DNA of 64,000 nt, taken from Coriobacteriia bacterium. GTDB lineage: Bacteria > Actinomycetota > Coriobacteriia > WRKU01 > JAENWW01. Below, piece by piece: positions 1 through 9,327 of the stretch (within the stretch, counting starts at the first letter, position 1; the number at the start of each line of letters is the position of its first letter). The translations under genes were made by a program, and so were the position numbers. The notes beneath the pieces are model-generated. The model was not told the DNA's origin. It saw only the letters and a list, made by a program, of their open reading frames with translations, and did not search any database. The stretch is from assembly GCA_016649875.1 (NCBI GenBank), contig JAENWW010000003.1, forward strand, positions 26,415 through 90,414, given 5' to 3'.

Positions 1-373
1 ATAAAATGACAGTCCTTCCCTCATCACAAATAGTAATGGTTACATCTTTAAAGGCGGCGTGTATCAAATTGCCGGTTGCCTCGACGATGATCTCCGCGGG
101 CACATCGGTGTCAAACGACAGGAGCTGATCATGGATTGCGGAGGTAATCGAATCAATGAACGAGGTGACGTCTCCGGTATAAGAGATGACGATACTTTCC
201 AGGTGATATTCGTGCGCATGGTAAATTACGATTGTGGCGTTCGTATCACCGTTTATATTGGTACGTGCGCGAAGAGAAAAATCGGTTTCATGGTTTTCGT
301 AGAGGCTCAACGGAACAGAATACCCGGAGGGAGCGACCTCTGAATTATTCGGTTGTTGGGCGATAGATTCCAT
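1..373 (-). CDS. GHKL/HATPase_c-like ATP-binding protein, 5' part (runs off window start); not DnaA
   Basis: Manual translation from ATG 373 is open to base 1: MESIAQQPNN...VPAEIIVEATGNLIHAAFKDVTITICDEGRTVIL. ExxxNxxHA resembles the GHKL N-box. Not in the ORF track because it has no stop in the window. Confidence 0.55.
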   Translation of the reverse strand, partial: MESIAQQPNNSEVAPSGYSVPLSLYENHETDFSLRARTNINGDTNATIVIYHAHEYHLESIVISYTGDVTSFIDSITSAIHDQLLSFDTDVPAEIIVEATGNLIHAAFKDVTITICDEGRTVIL

Positions 374-1030
374 ATCAAGCTTTCCACAACAGGAGTAGTA
401 ATTAACTTTATCAACAGGGCTGTACCTGTATTTTTAACGGTGTAGCAATGGCATATTCATACGTCTGACCTGCGGTTTTCCTGAAACGAACCGATGTTCG
501 CCGCTGACCACCTGTGTGTTTCTTAGTTTTCCACAAGGAGTGGAAAACTGTGGGTAACTTCAGAACGAAATATCTTTTTCAACCTTCAAGTTCGCAGGTA
601 AAAGTTGGTGTATCCAATTCGCAGGTTTTTTTACCGTGAAAACCTTCGTCCTCCGTCCCTGTCATTTGCACTGGGAGAACGCATCGATCAAAAAGATTTT
701 CCGCAGGGCATGCGAAGAAATAACGCTATTTCCAATTGTCAAGCAGAGTATAACGATGCATTGTGTTGTAGGTAGGTTTCGGCTAAGTAGCAAATGCGCC
801 TACAGCGTTGTGAGCCCCTATATTAGCAGTATTGAAAGGAGGTATTTTTTTGCGGAAAAGTTATCCACAGCTTTGTTGTGCTTGCCACAAGGTCTTTCCA
901 CAGTTTCCACAGATTTTCAGTGAATATTTTAAAAGATATAACAATACCGCCGACCTGCGAAAACAATGTTTTTATTGAATTCTTTCCAAAGAATATCGGG
1001 ATTATTTTTCTCATTTGATATCTGCGAAAA
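374..1030. other. oriC-like region with clustered DnaA boxes
   Basis: AT-rich intergenic region upstream of rpmH. Perfect TTATCCACA at 861-869. Variants: CTTTCCACA 380-388 and 894-902, TTATCAACA 408-416, TTTTCCACA 527-535, TGTGGGTAA 549-557, GTTTCCACA 903-911. AT-rich tract about 915-946. Confidence 0.8.
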
Positions 1031-1033
1031 TAA

Positions 1034-1062
1034 TTGACTTATCCCCTGCCCTCGTCTATACT
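1034..1062 (+). promoter_or_regulatory. SigA-type promoter of the rpmH operon
   Basis: TTGACT (1034-1039), 17 nt spacer, TATACT (1057-1062). Confidence 0.7.
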
Positions 1063-1108
1063 TTTCTCCTTGCGTCTGTTATTGCAGACACATCGATAAG
1101 GAGGAACC

Positions 1109-1243
1109 GTGAAGAGAACTTACCAGCCTAACAACAGGCACCGCGCTAAAACACATGGCTTTCGTGCACGTATGTCCACTCCCGGTGGGCGTGCCGTTCT
1201 AGCTGCTCGTCGTCGTAAGGGCCGTCACAGCCTTTGTGTGTAA
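1109..1243 (+). CDS. rpmH: 50S ribosomal protein L34
   Basis: GTG start after [51 protein letters not shown] (44 aa, below the ORF track cutoff). Confidence 0.98.
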   Translation: MKRTYQPNNRHRAKTHGFRARMSTPGGRAVLAARRRKGRHSLCV

Positions 1244-1266
1244 TGTGACAGTTTGGGCGCTTTATC

Positions 1267-1605
1267 ATGAGTGCTAAACATATAATAAAGTCTTCTGAAG
1301 AAATCAGTCGTGTCCTTAAAGAGGGAAAGCGTTACAACCACTTTTTGTGCACCATTTATATACTGAAGACACCTGAGTATCGCGACCCTAGTGGCCGCGT
1401 TGCTTATATTGCAGGTAAAAAGCTCGGAAATGCCGTATGGAGAAACCGTTCGAAGAGAGTAATGCGTGCCGCCGTACGGGTTGCCGAGGCGGTTATTCCC
1501 GGGTATGACATACTGGTAGTTGCAAAAAAGGCAACGGAAAGGGCTGGATCGGCAGTAGTCGCACAGGCTATTGCCTCAATAGTCGCCAGCAAACTGATAA
1601 AATGA
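1267..1605 (+). CDS. rnpA: Ribonuclease P protein component
   Basis: RNR motif [17 protein letters not shown]; follows rpmH. Confidence 0.95.
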   Translation: MSAKHIIKSSEEISRVLKEGKRYNHFLCTIYILKTPEYRDPSGRVAYIAGKKLGNAVWRNRSKRVMRAAVRVAEAVIPGYDILVVAKKATERAGSAVVAQAIASIVASKLIK

Positions 1606-1850
1606 ATAAAGAAAGAGTTTCAACGTTTATAGCCTCCCTACCGCGCCGCTTGCTCGTCTTATTGATACGGGGATATCAGCAGGTTATCTCTCCCCTCTCC
1701 CCTCCTTCCTGCAGATTCGCACCCAGCTGTTCCGCATATGCGGTTACGGCTTTACAGCGTTACGGAGTCATGAAAGGCGGGTGGCTCGCATTCAAGCGAA
1801 TCTTGCGCTGTAATCCGTGGAATCCCGGTGGGTATGATCCAGTACCTTAA
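1602..1850 (+). CDS. yidD: Membrane protein insertion efficiency factor YidD
   Basis: [33 protein letters not shown]. Confidence 0.97.
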   Translation: MNKERVSTFIASLPRRLLVLLIRGYQQVISPLSPPSCRFAPSCSAYAVTALQRYGVMKGGWLAFKRILRCNPWNPGGYDPVP

Positions 1851-1872
1851 CCTCAATTAAAAGGAGAATATC

Positions 1873-2694
1873 GTGTGGAATGCCTTTAAGGAAATATTGC
1901 TTCAGGTCCTGGTATGGATAAATACATTTGCCGGTGACTGGGGACTAACGATAATTATTTTCACTGTTCTAATTAGATTGCTCTTGTGGCCGCTAACGGC
2001 GAAGCAAGTAAAATCAACTTATGAAATGCAGAAGGTAGCCCCGGAGATAAAGCGCATCCAAGAGAAGTATAAGGATGACAAAGAAAAGCAGCAAGAAGAA
2101 CTCAAGAAGTTCTACTCGGAAAATAAGGTGAACCCGTTTGCTTCTTGCCTGCCCATGATTTTGCAGATGCCTTTCTTCTGGGCATTGTACCAAGTGCTCG
2201 GGCCTGTTTCCAAGAAGGCCCTTACAAGCACAGGCTCCGCCGTATTGGCAAAGATCAATCTTTCAGCCTACCTCACACAGGAACATCAGGTCGGGCATTT
2301 TTTCGGAATCATTTACAATATAGCGTTGACACCTGCGGGAATATTTAAGAGCGGGCATTTTGTGACCCTCATCCCCTATGTTCTTCTCGTAGTACTTTTC
2401 GGTTTGAGCATCTGGCTGCCGCAGGCGCTCATGCCCGGAGAAAAATCGCAAAAAATGATCGGTCTCTACATGGCCGTGTTCATGTTATTCATTGGTTGGA
2501 GTTCACCTGCCGGTGTGCTTCTCTACTGGGACGTTTCATCAATTCTCGGTATAGCCCAACAGCAACTCACTCAGAACGCCGTCAAGAAAGCGCTCGGTGA
2601 TGAAGAGGGGCTTGTCGAAGAAGCGATGGAGCTTGCCGACGGAGAAGTTCCCAAAAAGAAAAAGGCGCCCAAAGGAAATAAGAAGAACAAATAG
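1873..2694 (+). CDS. yidC: Membrane protein insertase YidC/Oxa1
   Basis: WGLTIIIFTVLIRLLLWPL, NPFASCLPMILQMP, PAGVLLYW; synteny. Confidence 0.95.
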   Translation: MWNAFKEILLQVLVWINTFAGDWGLTIIIFTVLIRLLLWPLTAKQVKSTYEMQKVAPEIKRIQEKYKDDKEKQQEELKKFYSENKVNPFASCLPMILQMPFFWALYQVLGPVSKKALTSTGSAVLAKINLSAYLTQEHQVGHFFGIIYNIALTPAGIFKSGHFVTLIPYVLLVVLFGLSIWLPQALMPGEKSQKMIGLYMAVFMLFIGWSSPAGVLLYWDVSSILGIAQQQLTQNAVKKALGDEEGLVEEAMELADGEVPKKKKAPKGNKKNK

Positions 2695-2727
2695 TCCATT
2701 ATTTGTAGCGATTGAGGAGAAAGACAA

Positions 2728-3462
2728 ATGGCAGCAGAGTATACAGCGGAAGCAGCAACTGTTGAAGAAGCTCTTGACTTCGCTCTTGAGCAACTCGGTG
2801 TCCAACAAGATGCAGTCGATTACGAGATAATCGAAGAGGCATCAAAGAAGCATTTCGGTTTCGGAGCGGATAGACTGGCGAAAGTTCGCGTCGTGGTGAA
2901 AGAGAGCTTTTCCGTTTCCGGGGATGCCGGCGAGACTTCCGAAGCGGTACATTCATCTCAAATTGACAACAAGATAGATAGTGAAGATCTCTCCGATGAG
3001 CAAATTGATGAAATTGCAGATTCTGCTATCGCAGTCGTTCGCAAGATTGCCGCTTACTGTGGGGCGGAAGGATTTGAGATCAACGAATACGAAGGTGAAG
3101 ACGGTGAGATTGTTCTCGACCTCGTCGGCGAAAATCTCGCATTCCTCATCGGTCGCCATGGTCGAACTGTTGATGCCTTGCAAACTGCTACCTCTGCTAT
3201 TGTGACGAAAGAAATCGGGATTCGCTACCCCATCACTGTAGATGTCGAAGGTTACAAACATCGTAGAAAACAGAAGGTAATTGAAATTGCGCAGCATGCT
3301 GCGGAGCGCGCCAAGCGCACGGGGTATCCGGTGGACCTCCGTCCGATGAGTCCGCAAGAGCGCCGCATAGTACACATCGCTATTCGGGAGCTTGTTGGAG
3401 TCGAGAGTTCCAGTAGTGGAATCGGTGACGAGCGCCATGTCGTGGTTAAGACCATCAGCTAA
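2728..3462 (+). CDS. jag: RNA-binding protein Jag/EloR/KhpB (Jag_N, KH, R3H)
   Basis: TVEEALDFALEQLG, KH LIGRHGRTVDALQ, R3H PMSPQERRIVH. Confidence 0.95.
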   Translation: MAAEYTAEAATVEEALDFALEQLGVQQDAVDYEIIEEASKKHFGFGADRLAKVRVVVKESFSVSGDAGETSEAVHSSQIDNKIDSEDLSDEQIDEIADSAIAVVRKIAAYCGAEGFEINEYEGEDGEIVLDLVGENLAFLIGRHGRTVDALQTATSAIVTKEIGIRYPITVDVEGYKHRRKQKVIEIAQHAAERAKRTGYPVDLRPMSPQERRIVHIAIRELVGVESSSSGIGDERHVVVKTIS

Positions 3463-3484
3463 GTCGTTTCAATCTACACTCTTT

Positions 3485-3513
3485 AGGAAAGCTCCCTCAC
3501 AGGAGCTTTCTTT
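3485..3513 (+). terminator. Intrinsic terminator after jag
   Basis: AGGAAAGCTCC-CTCACA-GGAGCTTTCTT hairpin with T-rich 3' arm. Confidence 0.7.
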
Positions 3514-3573
3514 ATGCCAAAAATCGGTGAATCAACAAGAATTGGCAAAAGTCCTTCAGGCACGAATAAAGGA

Positions 3574-3603
3574 TTGACTTTCATTATGTATGTTAAGTAC
3601 TAT
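3574..3603 (+). promoter_or_regulatory. Putative promoter of rsmG-parA-parB
   Basis: TTGACT (3574-3579), 18 nt spacer, TACTAT (3598-3603). Confidence 0.55.
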
Positions 3604-3628
3604 TTACTTCGGTGTAAATCTGAGAATA

Positions 3629-3644
3629 TGTTTCACGTGAAACA
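3629..3644. promoter_or_regulatory. parS site 1 (ParB loading site)
   Basis: Perfect TGTTTCACGTGAAACA inside a 30 bp perfect palindrome at 3622-3651. Confidence 0.97.
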
Positions 3645-3663
3645 TATTCTCGAAATCAAAATA

Positions 3664-3679
3664 TGTTTCACGTGAAACA
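3664..3679. promoter_or_regulatory. parS site 2
   Basis: Perfect TGTTTCACGTGAAACA, 35 bp from site 1. Confidence 0.97.
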
Positions 3680-3689
3680 TCGGAGCATA

Positions 3690-4388
3690 ATGAGCTTTAC
3701 TCAGTACCTACCCAAAGACTTTCCCATAACCGAGGATCAGATTGCTCTTCTCGATCGACATCTCGCGTATGTGCTACAAGCAAATGAAAAGGTTCGACTG
3801 ACGGCTATAAAGTCACAGGAGGATGGAGAACGCTTGCATGTCGCCGATTCGCTTTATGGGCTTCCCGAGGTGCTAGATGCACCTCCCGGCATGTTACTTG
3901 ACATGGGAACCGGTGGTGGATATCCGGGGATTCCCCTCGGACTCCTTTCAGGAAGAAAGACTGTATTATTAGATGCGGTCAGCAAGAAGTGCAGGATGCT
4001 TGATCTATATTTAGAAAGCGAGCCGGCGCTTCATGGCCATTCAACTTCAGACCTGAGGGCTGAAGAACTGGCCATGTGTGAGGGTAAACGATATTCAGCA
4101 GTGACTGCAAGAGCCCTTTCTGCACTCCCCTCTCTCGTCGAACTGGCAAGCCCGCTGTTGAGTCGTGGCGGGCGATTTGTCGCCTATAAAGGTGCGCTGT
4201 GTGAAGAAGAGCTCGTTTCCGGCGACTCGGTTGCGGCGTACACGGGTATGAGACGGATATCGGTAAGGCGGTATGTCCTTCCCGACGGGAATGAACGGCG
4301 TGCTATTGTAGTCTATGAGAAGTTCGCCGATTCAAAGACAAAACTTCCTCGACGTCCCGGTATGGCGCAAAGGAGACCTTTTGCTTAA
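3690..4388 (+). CDS. rsmG: 16S rRNA m7G527 methyltransferase RsmG (GidB)
   Basis: LDMGTGGGYPGIPL, RAEE, VTARA, YKG, PRRPG. Start set at ATG 3690 after GGAG, since MFHVKH is the translated parS. Confidence 0.95.
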   Translation: MSFTQYLPKDFPITEDQIALLDRHLAYVLQANEKVRLTAIKSQEDGERLHVADSLYGLPEVLDAPPGMLLDMGTGGGYPGIPLGLLSGRKTVLLDAVSKKCRMLDLYLESEPALHGHSTSDLRAEELAMCEGKRYSAVTARALSALPSLVELASPLLSRGGRFVAYKGALCEEELVSGDSVAAYTGMRRISVRRYVLPDGNERRAIVVYEKFADSKTKLPRRPGMAQRRPFA

Positions 4389-4435
4389 TAGATTTCGATA
4401 TATGCATAATGGAGCAGGTATGAAGGGAGAATTCG

Positions 4436-5221
4436 TTGGATGAAGAAGGCAATAACTCAAAGCGGCATGTTTTTGCCGTTGTCAACCAAAAAGGTGGAGT
4501 CGGTAAGAGCACAACGGCAGTCAATTTAGCTGCTGCGCTTGGTGAACTCGGTCAAAAGGTGCTTCTCATCGATCTCGATCCGCAAGGGAATGCTACTTCG
4601 GGATTCGGTCTTTCTAAGAATCGTAGAGGAAAATGCGTTTATAATGCGCTTCTCGAAGAAACAACACTCGAAGAGATTGCAGAGATAACCGACAGCCCGG
4701 GAGTCACCGTCGTGCCGTCAACCATTCAACTAGCGGGGGCAGAAGTCGAATTGGTAAACGCAATGAGTCGTGAAATGAGACTGCGGCGCCTCATAGAGCC
4801 TATACGCGACCAATATGATTATGTGCTCATCGACTGTGCCCCATCTCTGGGCTTGCTCACAATCAACGCTTTGACCGCTGCTGATGGATTGATAATTCCT
4901 ATCCAGTGCGAGTTTTATGCGCTAGAAGGTCTGTCAAAACTTTTGGATAGTGTCAGGCTCGTCAATACGCATCTCAACGCCGAGCTCCGCGTGTTCGGGG
5001 TAGTTATGACGATGTATTCTTCGCGCATGAGACTTGCGAATCAAGTCGTTGCAGAAGTGCGGGCGTATTTTGACGATGAAGTGTTTAAGACATTAATTCC
5101 TCGCACAGTTCGGCTTTCCGAAGCACCTGGCTTCGGGTTGCCGATAACAGAATATGATACAACCGGTAAAGGTGCTCTTGCCTATCGCAACCTAGCAAAG
5201 GAAGTGGTTTCTCGTGGCTAA
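4436..5221 (+). CDS. parA: Chromosome partitioning ATPase ParA/Soj
   Basis: NQKGGVGKSTT, IDLDPQGNAT, IPIQCEFYALEG. Confidence 0.96.
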   Translation: MDEEGNNSKRHVFAVVNQKGGVGKSTTAVNLAAALGELGQKVLLIDLDPQGNATSGFGLSKNRRGKCVYNALLEETTLEEIAEITDSPGVTVVPSTIQLAGAEVELVNAMSREMRLRRLIEPIRDQYDYVLIDCAPSLGLLTINALTAADGLIIPIQCEFYALEGLSKLLDSVRLVNTHLNAELRVFGVVMTMYSSRMRLANQVVAEVRAYFDDEVFKTLIPRTVRLSEAPGFGLPITEYDTTGKGALAYRNLAKEVVSRG

Positions 5222-6089
5222 TAAAGGTGGGCTCGGAAAAGGGCTCGGTGCAATTTTCACCGCAACATCTCAAGAATCATCGCTTGGAGCGCAAGACATC
5301 AATGAGTTGCCGATAAATAAAATCGAACCCAATCCGGACCAACCGAGAACCGATATCGATGAAGAGGCGATTGCGGAGTTGAGCGCCTCCGTTGCGCAGC
5401 ATGGGGTTTTGATGCCTATTATGGTACGACCTATCGGGGACAAGTACCAAATTATCGCCGGTGAGCGTCGCTGGAGAGCGGCACGGCTCGCAGGTCTTGA
5501 AAAGGTTCCTGTTGTAATCCGTAATTCGGGGGACGCGGAGACACTTGAAATAGCTTTGATTGAAAATCTCCAGCGAGAAGATCTCAATGCCATTGAAGCT
5601 GCTTATGGGTATAAGCGCCTCATTGAGAAGCATAGCCTTACGCAAAGCGAGTTGGCAGAGAGAGTGTCAAAGTCACGATCGGCGGTTACAAATACCTTAA
5701 GGCTTATCGATTTGCCTGAAGAAGTGCAGGCGTTGCTTTATGAAGGTAAACTAACTGCCGGACATGCTCGGGCGGTACTTTCGCTTCCCGGGGATGATGC
5801 GCGTGTCAAACTGGCCAATAAAATCGTAGAGAATAACCTTTCGGTCCGCGATGCCGAGAATATGGCTCGCCTTTATGAGGGAGGAGCCCTGCCCAAATCC
5901 GCTCGACTCGTTGCTCCTAAGTCATATAAGACTGTTGCGCGTAAGCTTCGCCGTCTATTGGATGCGAAAGTGCGTGTGAAGCAGACGAAAGATAAGAACA
6001 AAATTGAGATTGAGTTCGAAGATGAGGCCGACCTCATGAGAATCTTCGATACGCTCAGCGGAATAAATTCTACTTATTCGGAAGAATAG
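5214..6089 (+). CDS. parB: Chromosome partitioning CTPase ParB/Spo0J
   Basis: GLGKGLGA, PNPDQPR, IIAGERRWRA, ENLQREDL, HTH. Confidence 0.97.
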   Translation: MANKGGLGKGLGAIFTATSQESSLGAQDINELPINKIEPNPDQPRTDIDEEAIAELSASVAQHGVLMPIMVRPIGDKYQIIAGERRWRAARLAGLEKVPVVIRNSGDAETLEIALIENLQREDLNAIEAAYGYKRLIEKHSLTQSELAERVSKSRSAVTNTLRLIDLPEEVQALLYEGKLTAGHARAVLSLPGDDARVKLANKIVENNLSVRDAENMARLYEGGALPKSARLVAPKSYKTVARKLRRLLDAKVRVKQTKDKNKIEIEFEDEADLMRIFDTLSGINSTYSEE

Positions 6090-6113
6090 TTTAGAAGCGA
6101 CGATGCGCGACTT

Positions 6114-6147
6114 GACGGGCCGTCCATCTATGGTGGTCCGTCTTTGT
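6114..6147 (+). terminator. Probable terminator after parB
   Basis: GACGGGCCGTCCAT-CT-ATGGTGGTCCGTC imperfect hairpin followed by TTTGT. Confidence 0.5.
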
Positions 6148-6179
6148 GTCCGACTGTCAAGGTATGATACCGACTGTCA
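6147..6179 (+). promoter_or_regulatory. RecA-NDp/PafBC-like DNA-damage promoter with a 10 bp direct repeat
   Basis: TGTCCG-N10-TATGAT (6147-6168); CCGACTGTCA at 6150-6159 and 6170-6179. Confidence 0.5.
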
Positions 6180-6195
6180 CAAATAAGGAGCTGAC

Positions 6196-9100
6196 ATGAG
6201 TTTACATATCATTACAGGCGCAGACGGAACAGGCAAGTTGGACATGCTGCTGAATATGTTGTCTCACCTCAAAGAGCAGAAATTTCAGGAGACGAACATT
6301 TTATGCCCGCAAATAGCCGCCGCCGATGTGCTTGGTCGGAAACTATCCCGTGTCGGAATTGCCGACATCGGTGTAATCGATATCAATCGTTGGATTACCA
6401 AGCTATGGGAACAAAAGGGTGGCAATCGGGCGCTGATCGAACCTGAGCAGCGAAACGATATCCTTTTTCAAGCGGCGAGTTCTTTCGTCGATGAAAAAGG
6501 AGATGCGGAGCGCCATTCCTATCTGCTTTCCCGAGGAGTTCACGATATTCTCAACGATATCGTCGTGCATATAGGCGCTGCATCGAACATATCCGAGACA
6601 TCTTTGCTCGTCCGCGAAAATGCAGGAGAGGATATTTTCTCCGTATGGAAGCGTTATGCAAAAGATTTGGATGTGATGAATCTTGTAGAAAGAGTAGACG
6701 CACTCGCGGAAATGGTCGTCCTTGGGAAGTCCGACGCTATCGATACGATTATAGGTGTCTACGGTTTTACCGGTTTTGATCCGGCACAGCTATCGTTCCT
6801 TTCAGCCCTTGCAAGAAATAACGAGGTGGTGGTTTCACTTCTGTACGACGAAGAAGTCTCCGGGACAGAGCAAATTTTCGGTCTGTACCGATATTTCAAA
6901 GGGATACTGCAAGAAACCGGCGGTACGGAAATTTACCTGCCCCTGCCGGACGGCTCGGTCCGCACGCCGGCTTCGTTCGCGGATAGAATGTTTGGGAATT
7001 CTGCGACACGGGAAACGAGAGGTTACGTTGAAAGTGGGGCGCTGTCGTTTGGTTTCGCGCAGGGAAAAGCTGCCGAAATCTCCTTGATCGTCAAAACCTG
7101 CAAAGAGGCACTTGAGTCGTATGAACCGAATGAAATAGCTATTATATTTAGAGGATTCAAAAGAAATAGCTATAAAATAATAGAGGAACTCGAACGATAC
7201 GGAATCGCCTATAGCGTGGATATAACCATTCCTTTAAGAGCGACTCCTTTGGGTGCGGCCTTTTTCTCACTGGTACAGATGGCTCCGGAGCTTGCAACTT
7301 ATACCGAGAAGAAACGCGTTTCCATTATTGAGTCCAAGCAAAAATATGGCGAATTTCTCAGGAGCTCATTTTCGGGTTGGAATGATGAGATTTATTTTGC
7401 CGCAGATGAGAACTTCAGGTCGCAGGAAAAATATATTTCCTCTTATGAGACGGTTTATGAGGCACTTTCCTCCTCAACGGGACGGTATTCGAATAAAGTG
7501 GTGTCGAGTTTGAAAATTGCGGTTCGAACGATGCGTCTCGATGACTGGAAGACCGTACTCGATGCGATGTTGTCCAGCTCGTTGGAGGAAGAGCGACTTT
7601 CGAAGTTTTGGCATATGCAAAATACGGCGGCACACCACAACATGATAGAAGCATTGTCACAAGCCGTTCAAAGGGTGGCCTCCGCTGAAAATATAATAGA
7701 TTTCGCTGCGTTTTTTGAACTTATATATCGTGGAACCGTCAATTTGACGGAGCAAAAGAGTGCTACGGGGGGAGTTCTCGTTTCGGATTCTTCGCGAGTT
7801 CGGGGGAGAGAACCGAAAGTCGTCATTATCGGAGGTCTTTCCCGAGAAGAATATCGGAACGCCCATTGCGAAACGCCCTCCGAAAGGATCGTGAATGCAC
7901 AAATCGACGGCCTGACGGGGGAGAGACCTGATAGCGCGCGCCGCGCACGCTTGCAAGAAGAACTCTTCGCTTATGAGGTGTTGGCGAGTGCTCAGGAAGC
8001 TGTGTATCTGTGCATTCAGCCCGAAGATGAGCATGGAGAGGCGGTCGCGACCTCCTTGCTCGTCGATGATGTTTTCAGTGACCAAGAATGTTTCAATTCG
8101 AATCAGTTGTTCACCGAAGAGTTTTATCGAGCGGACATCTTCCAAAAACAACGCTTCTCTGCGTATTTAAAAAATGCAGGTGATCCGGACTCGATAGATG
8201 TCGGCTTCGGGTTCGGACAGCGAAAGCGGCCCGATGAGCGGCTTACGCTTGCTCCTCCCTTTATTCCCGACAGGGGAGTCAGCGTGCTCGATCTCTACGG
8301 GGACGAGGAAAGGCTCGGCGGTGCAAGCGAGCGGGAATTCAGTCCGAGCGGGATCGAACTATTCGCCAAGTGTCCGTATGGATGGTTCGTGGATAGATAT
8401 TGTCCGAGCGGTTCTTTAGACGAGGGCATGGACGCAAAAGCTGCCGGTATCGCCATTCATGCGATTCTGGAAGATTTTTATACAACATGGACTGCGCCGA
8501 AGAGCGCGGGGGGCAAAGGACAACGGCGGGTTGTTCGAGAAAATCTTGATGGTGCACTGGCGCATCTCCACGAAAGGTTCAAGATTCATCCGCCGAGAAT
8601 CGCCAGGCTTGATATTTTGAAATGTGCGAACTGGACGGTCGAACAGGTGCGTTGGTATTGGGGATTGCTCAAAAAAGCAGAACATCGAATCAGAAAAGAT
8701 GCCGATTTGTTGTGCGGAGCAGCGGATGAGACTTTTTATCCGTACCGGTTCGAATATAAATTCGGCTCTTTGTCGCATGGAGATGATTCCGACGTGTCGC
8801 CGATATGCAAGGCGCATGTCGGTATCGTTCCCATACACGGCCTTGTCGATAGGATAGATATCGATGCCGAAGGGCGACGCTATGTCGTCCTGGATTATAA
8901 AGGCGGCATCTCGACAAAAGAGGGGCTTGAGATTTTAAAGAGTGTAAAAATTCAAATACTGCTTTATCTGATTGCCGCACAGGATGTGTTGCAAGGTGAG
9001 GAAGACATGACAAACGATGTCAACCCGGCGGGAGCCGCCTATATTTCATACTCCAAGAGTGTCGGCGACAGGGGAATCTTCAAAAATGTGTCCGCGGACA

Positions 9101-9315
9101 CCGTCGGCCTCAAAGAAACGAATATTGTTTCCGCGGAGGAATTCGACAGAGTGCTGTTCGATGCGACCGCTCTTGCAGAGTTGGCGGCTCGAAATATCTC
9201 TGAGGGGCGGGTGCCGATCGTTCGTGGCTCCTCGCTTAATGCAGTGGAACTGGCCGCGGCGGAGATGCCTTGTGAATATTGCGGATATGTCGGTTGTCCG
9301 GCAAAAAGAAATTAG
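6196..9315 (+). CDS. addB: AddB/AdnA-like helicase-nuclease subunit (degenerate helicase fold plus PD-(D/E)XK nuclease, Fe-S)
   Basis: N-terminal IITGADGTGK; FSPSGIELFAKCPY; GLVDRID...VVLDYKG; C-terminal CEYCGYVGC. Confidence 0.85.
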   Translation: MSLHIITGADGTGKLDMLLNMLSHLKEQKFQETNILCPQIAAADVLGRKLSRVGIADIGVIDINRWITKLWEQKGGNRALIEPEQRNDILFQAASSFVDEKGDAERHSYLLSRGVHDILNDIVVHIGAASNISETSLLVRENAGEDIFSVWKRYAKDLDVMNLVERVDALAEMVVLGKSDAIDTIIGVYGFTGFDPAQLSFLSALARNNEVVVSLLYDEEVSGTEQIFGLYRYFKGILQETGGTEIYLPLPDGSVRTPASFADRMFGNSATRETRGYVESGALSFGFAQGKAAEISLIVKTCKEALESYEPNEIAIIFRGFKRNSYKIIEELERYGIAYSVDITIPLRATPLGAAFFSLVQMAPELATYTEKKRVSIIESKQKYGEFLRSSFSGWNDEIYFAADENFRSQEKYISSYETVYEALSSSTGRYSNKVVSSLKIAVRTMRLDDWKTVLDAMLSSSLEEERLSKFWHMQNTAAHHNMIEALSQAVQRVASAENIIDFAAFFELIYRGTVNLTEQKSATGGVLVSDSSRVRGREPKVVIIGGLSREEYRNAHCETPSERIVNAQIDGLTGERPDSARRARLQEELFAYEVLASAQEAVYLCIQPEDEHGEAVATSLLVDDVFSDQECFNSNQLFTEEFYRADIFQKQRFSAYLKNAGDPDSIDVGFGFGQRKRPDERLTLAPPFIPDRGVSVLDLYGDEERLGGASEREFSPSGIELFAKCPYGWFVDRYCPSGSLDEGMDAKAAGIAIHAILEDFYTTWTAPKSAGGKGQRRVVRENLDGALAHLHERFKIHPPRIARLDILKCANWTVEQVRWYWGLLKKAEHRIRKDADLLCGAADETFYPYRFEYKFGSLSHGDDSDVSPICKAHVGIVPIHGLVDRIDIDAEGRRYVVLDYKGGISTKEGLEILKSVKIQILLYLIAAQDVLQGEEDMTNDVNPAGAAYISYSKSVGDRGIFKNVSADTVGLKETNIVSAEEFDRVLFDATALAELAARNISEGRVPIVRGSSLNAVELAAAEMPCEYCGYVGCPAKRN

Positions 9316-9327
9316 GGTGGAGCAGAA

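Noticed and set aside
380..436. DnaA-trio/DUE assignment next to the boxes at 380 and 408
   Set aside because: The trinucleotide repeats are too short and their orientation does not fit convincingly.
59..1014. ORF-track ORFs 59..343, 636..923 and 823..1014
   Set aside because: They are antisense to the GHKL-like gene or run through the DnaA-box region, with no recognisable motifs.
3663..3689. rsmG start giving N-terminal MFHVKH
   Set aside because: This is the translated parS palindrome; ATG 3690 has a GGAG RBS.
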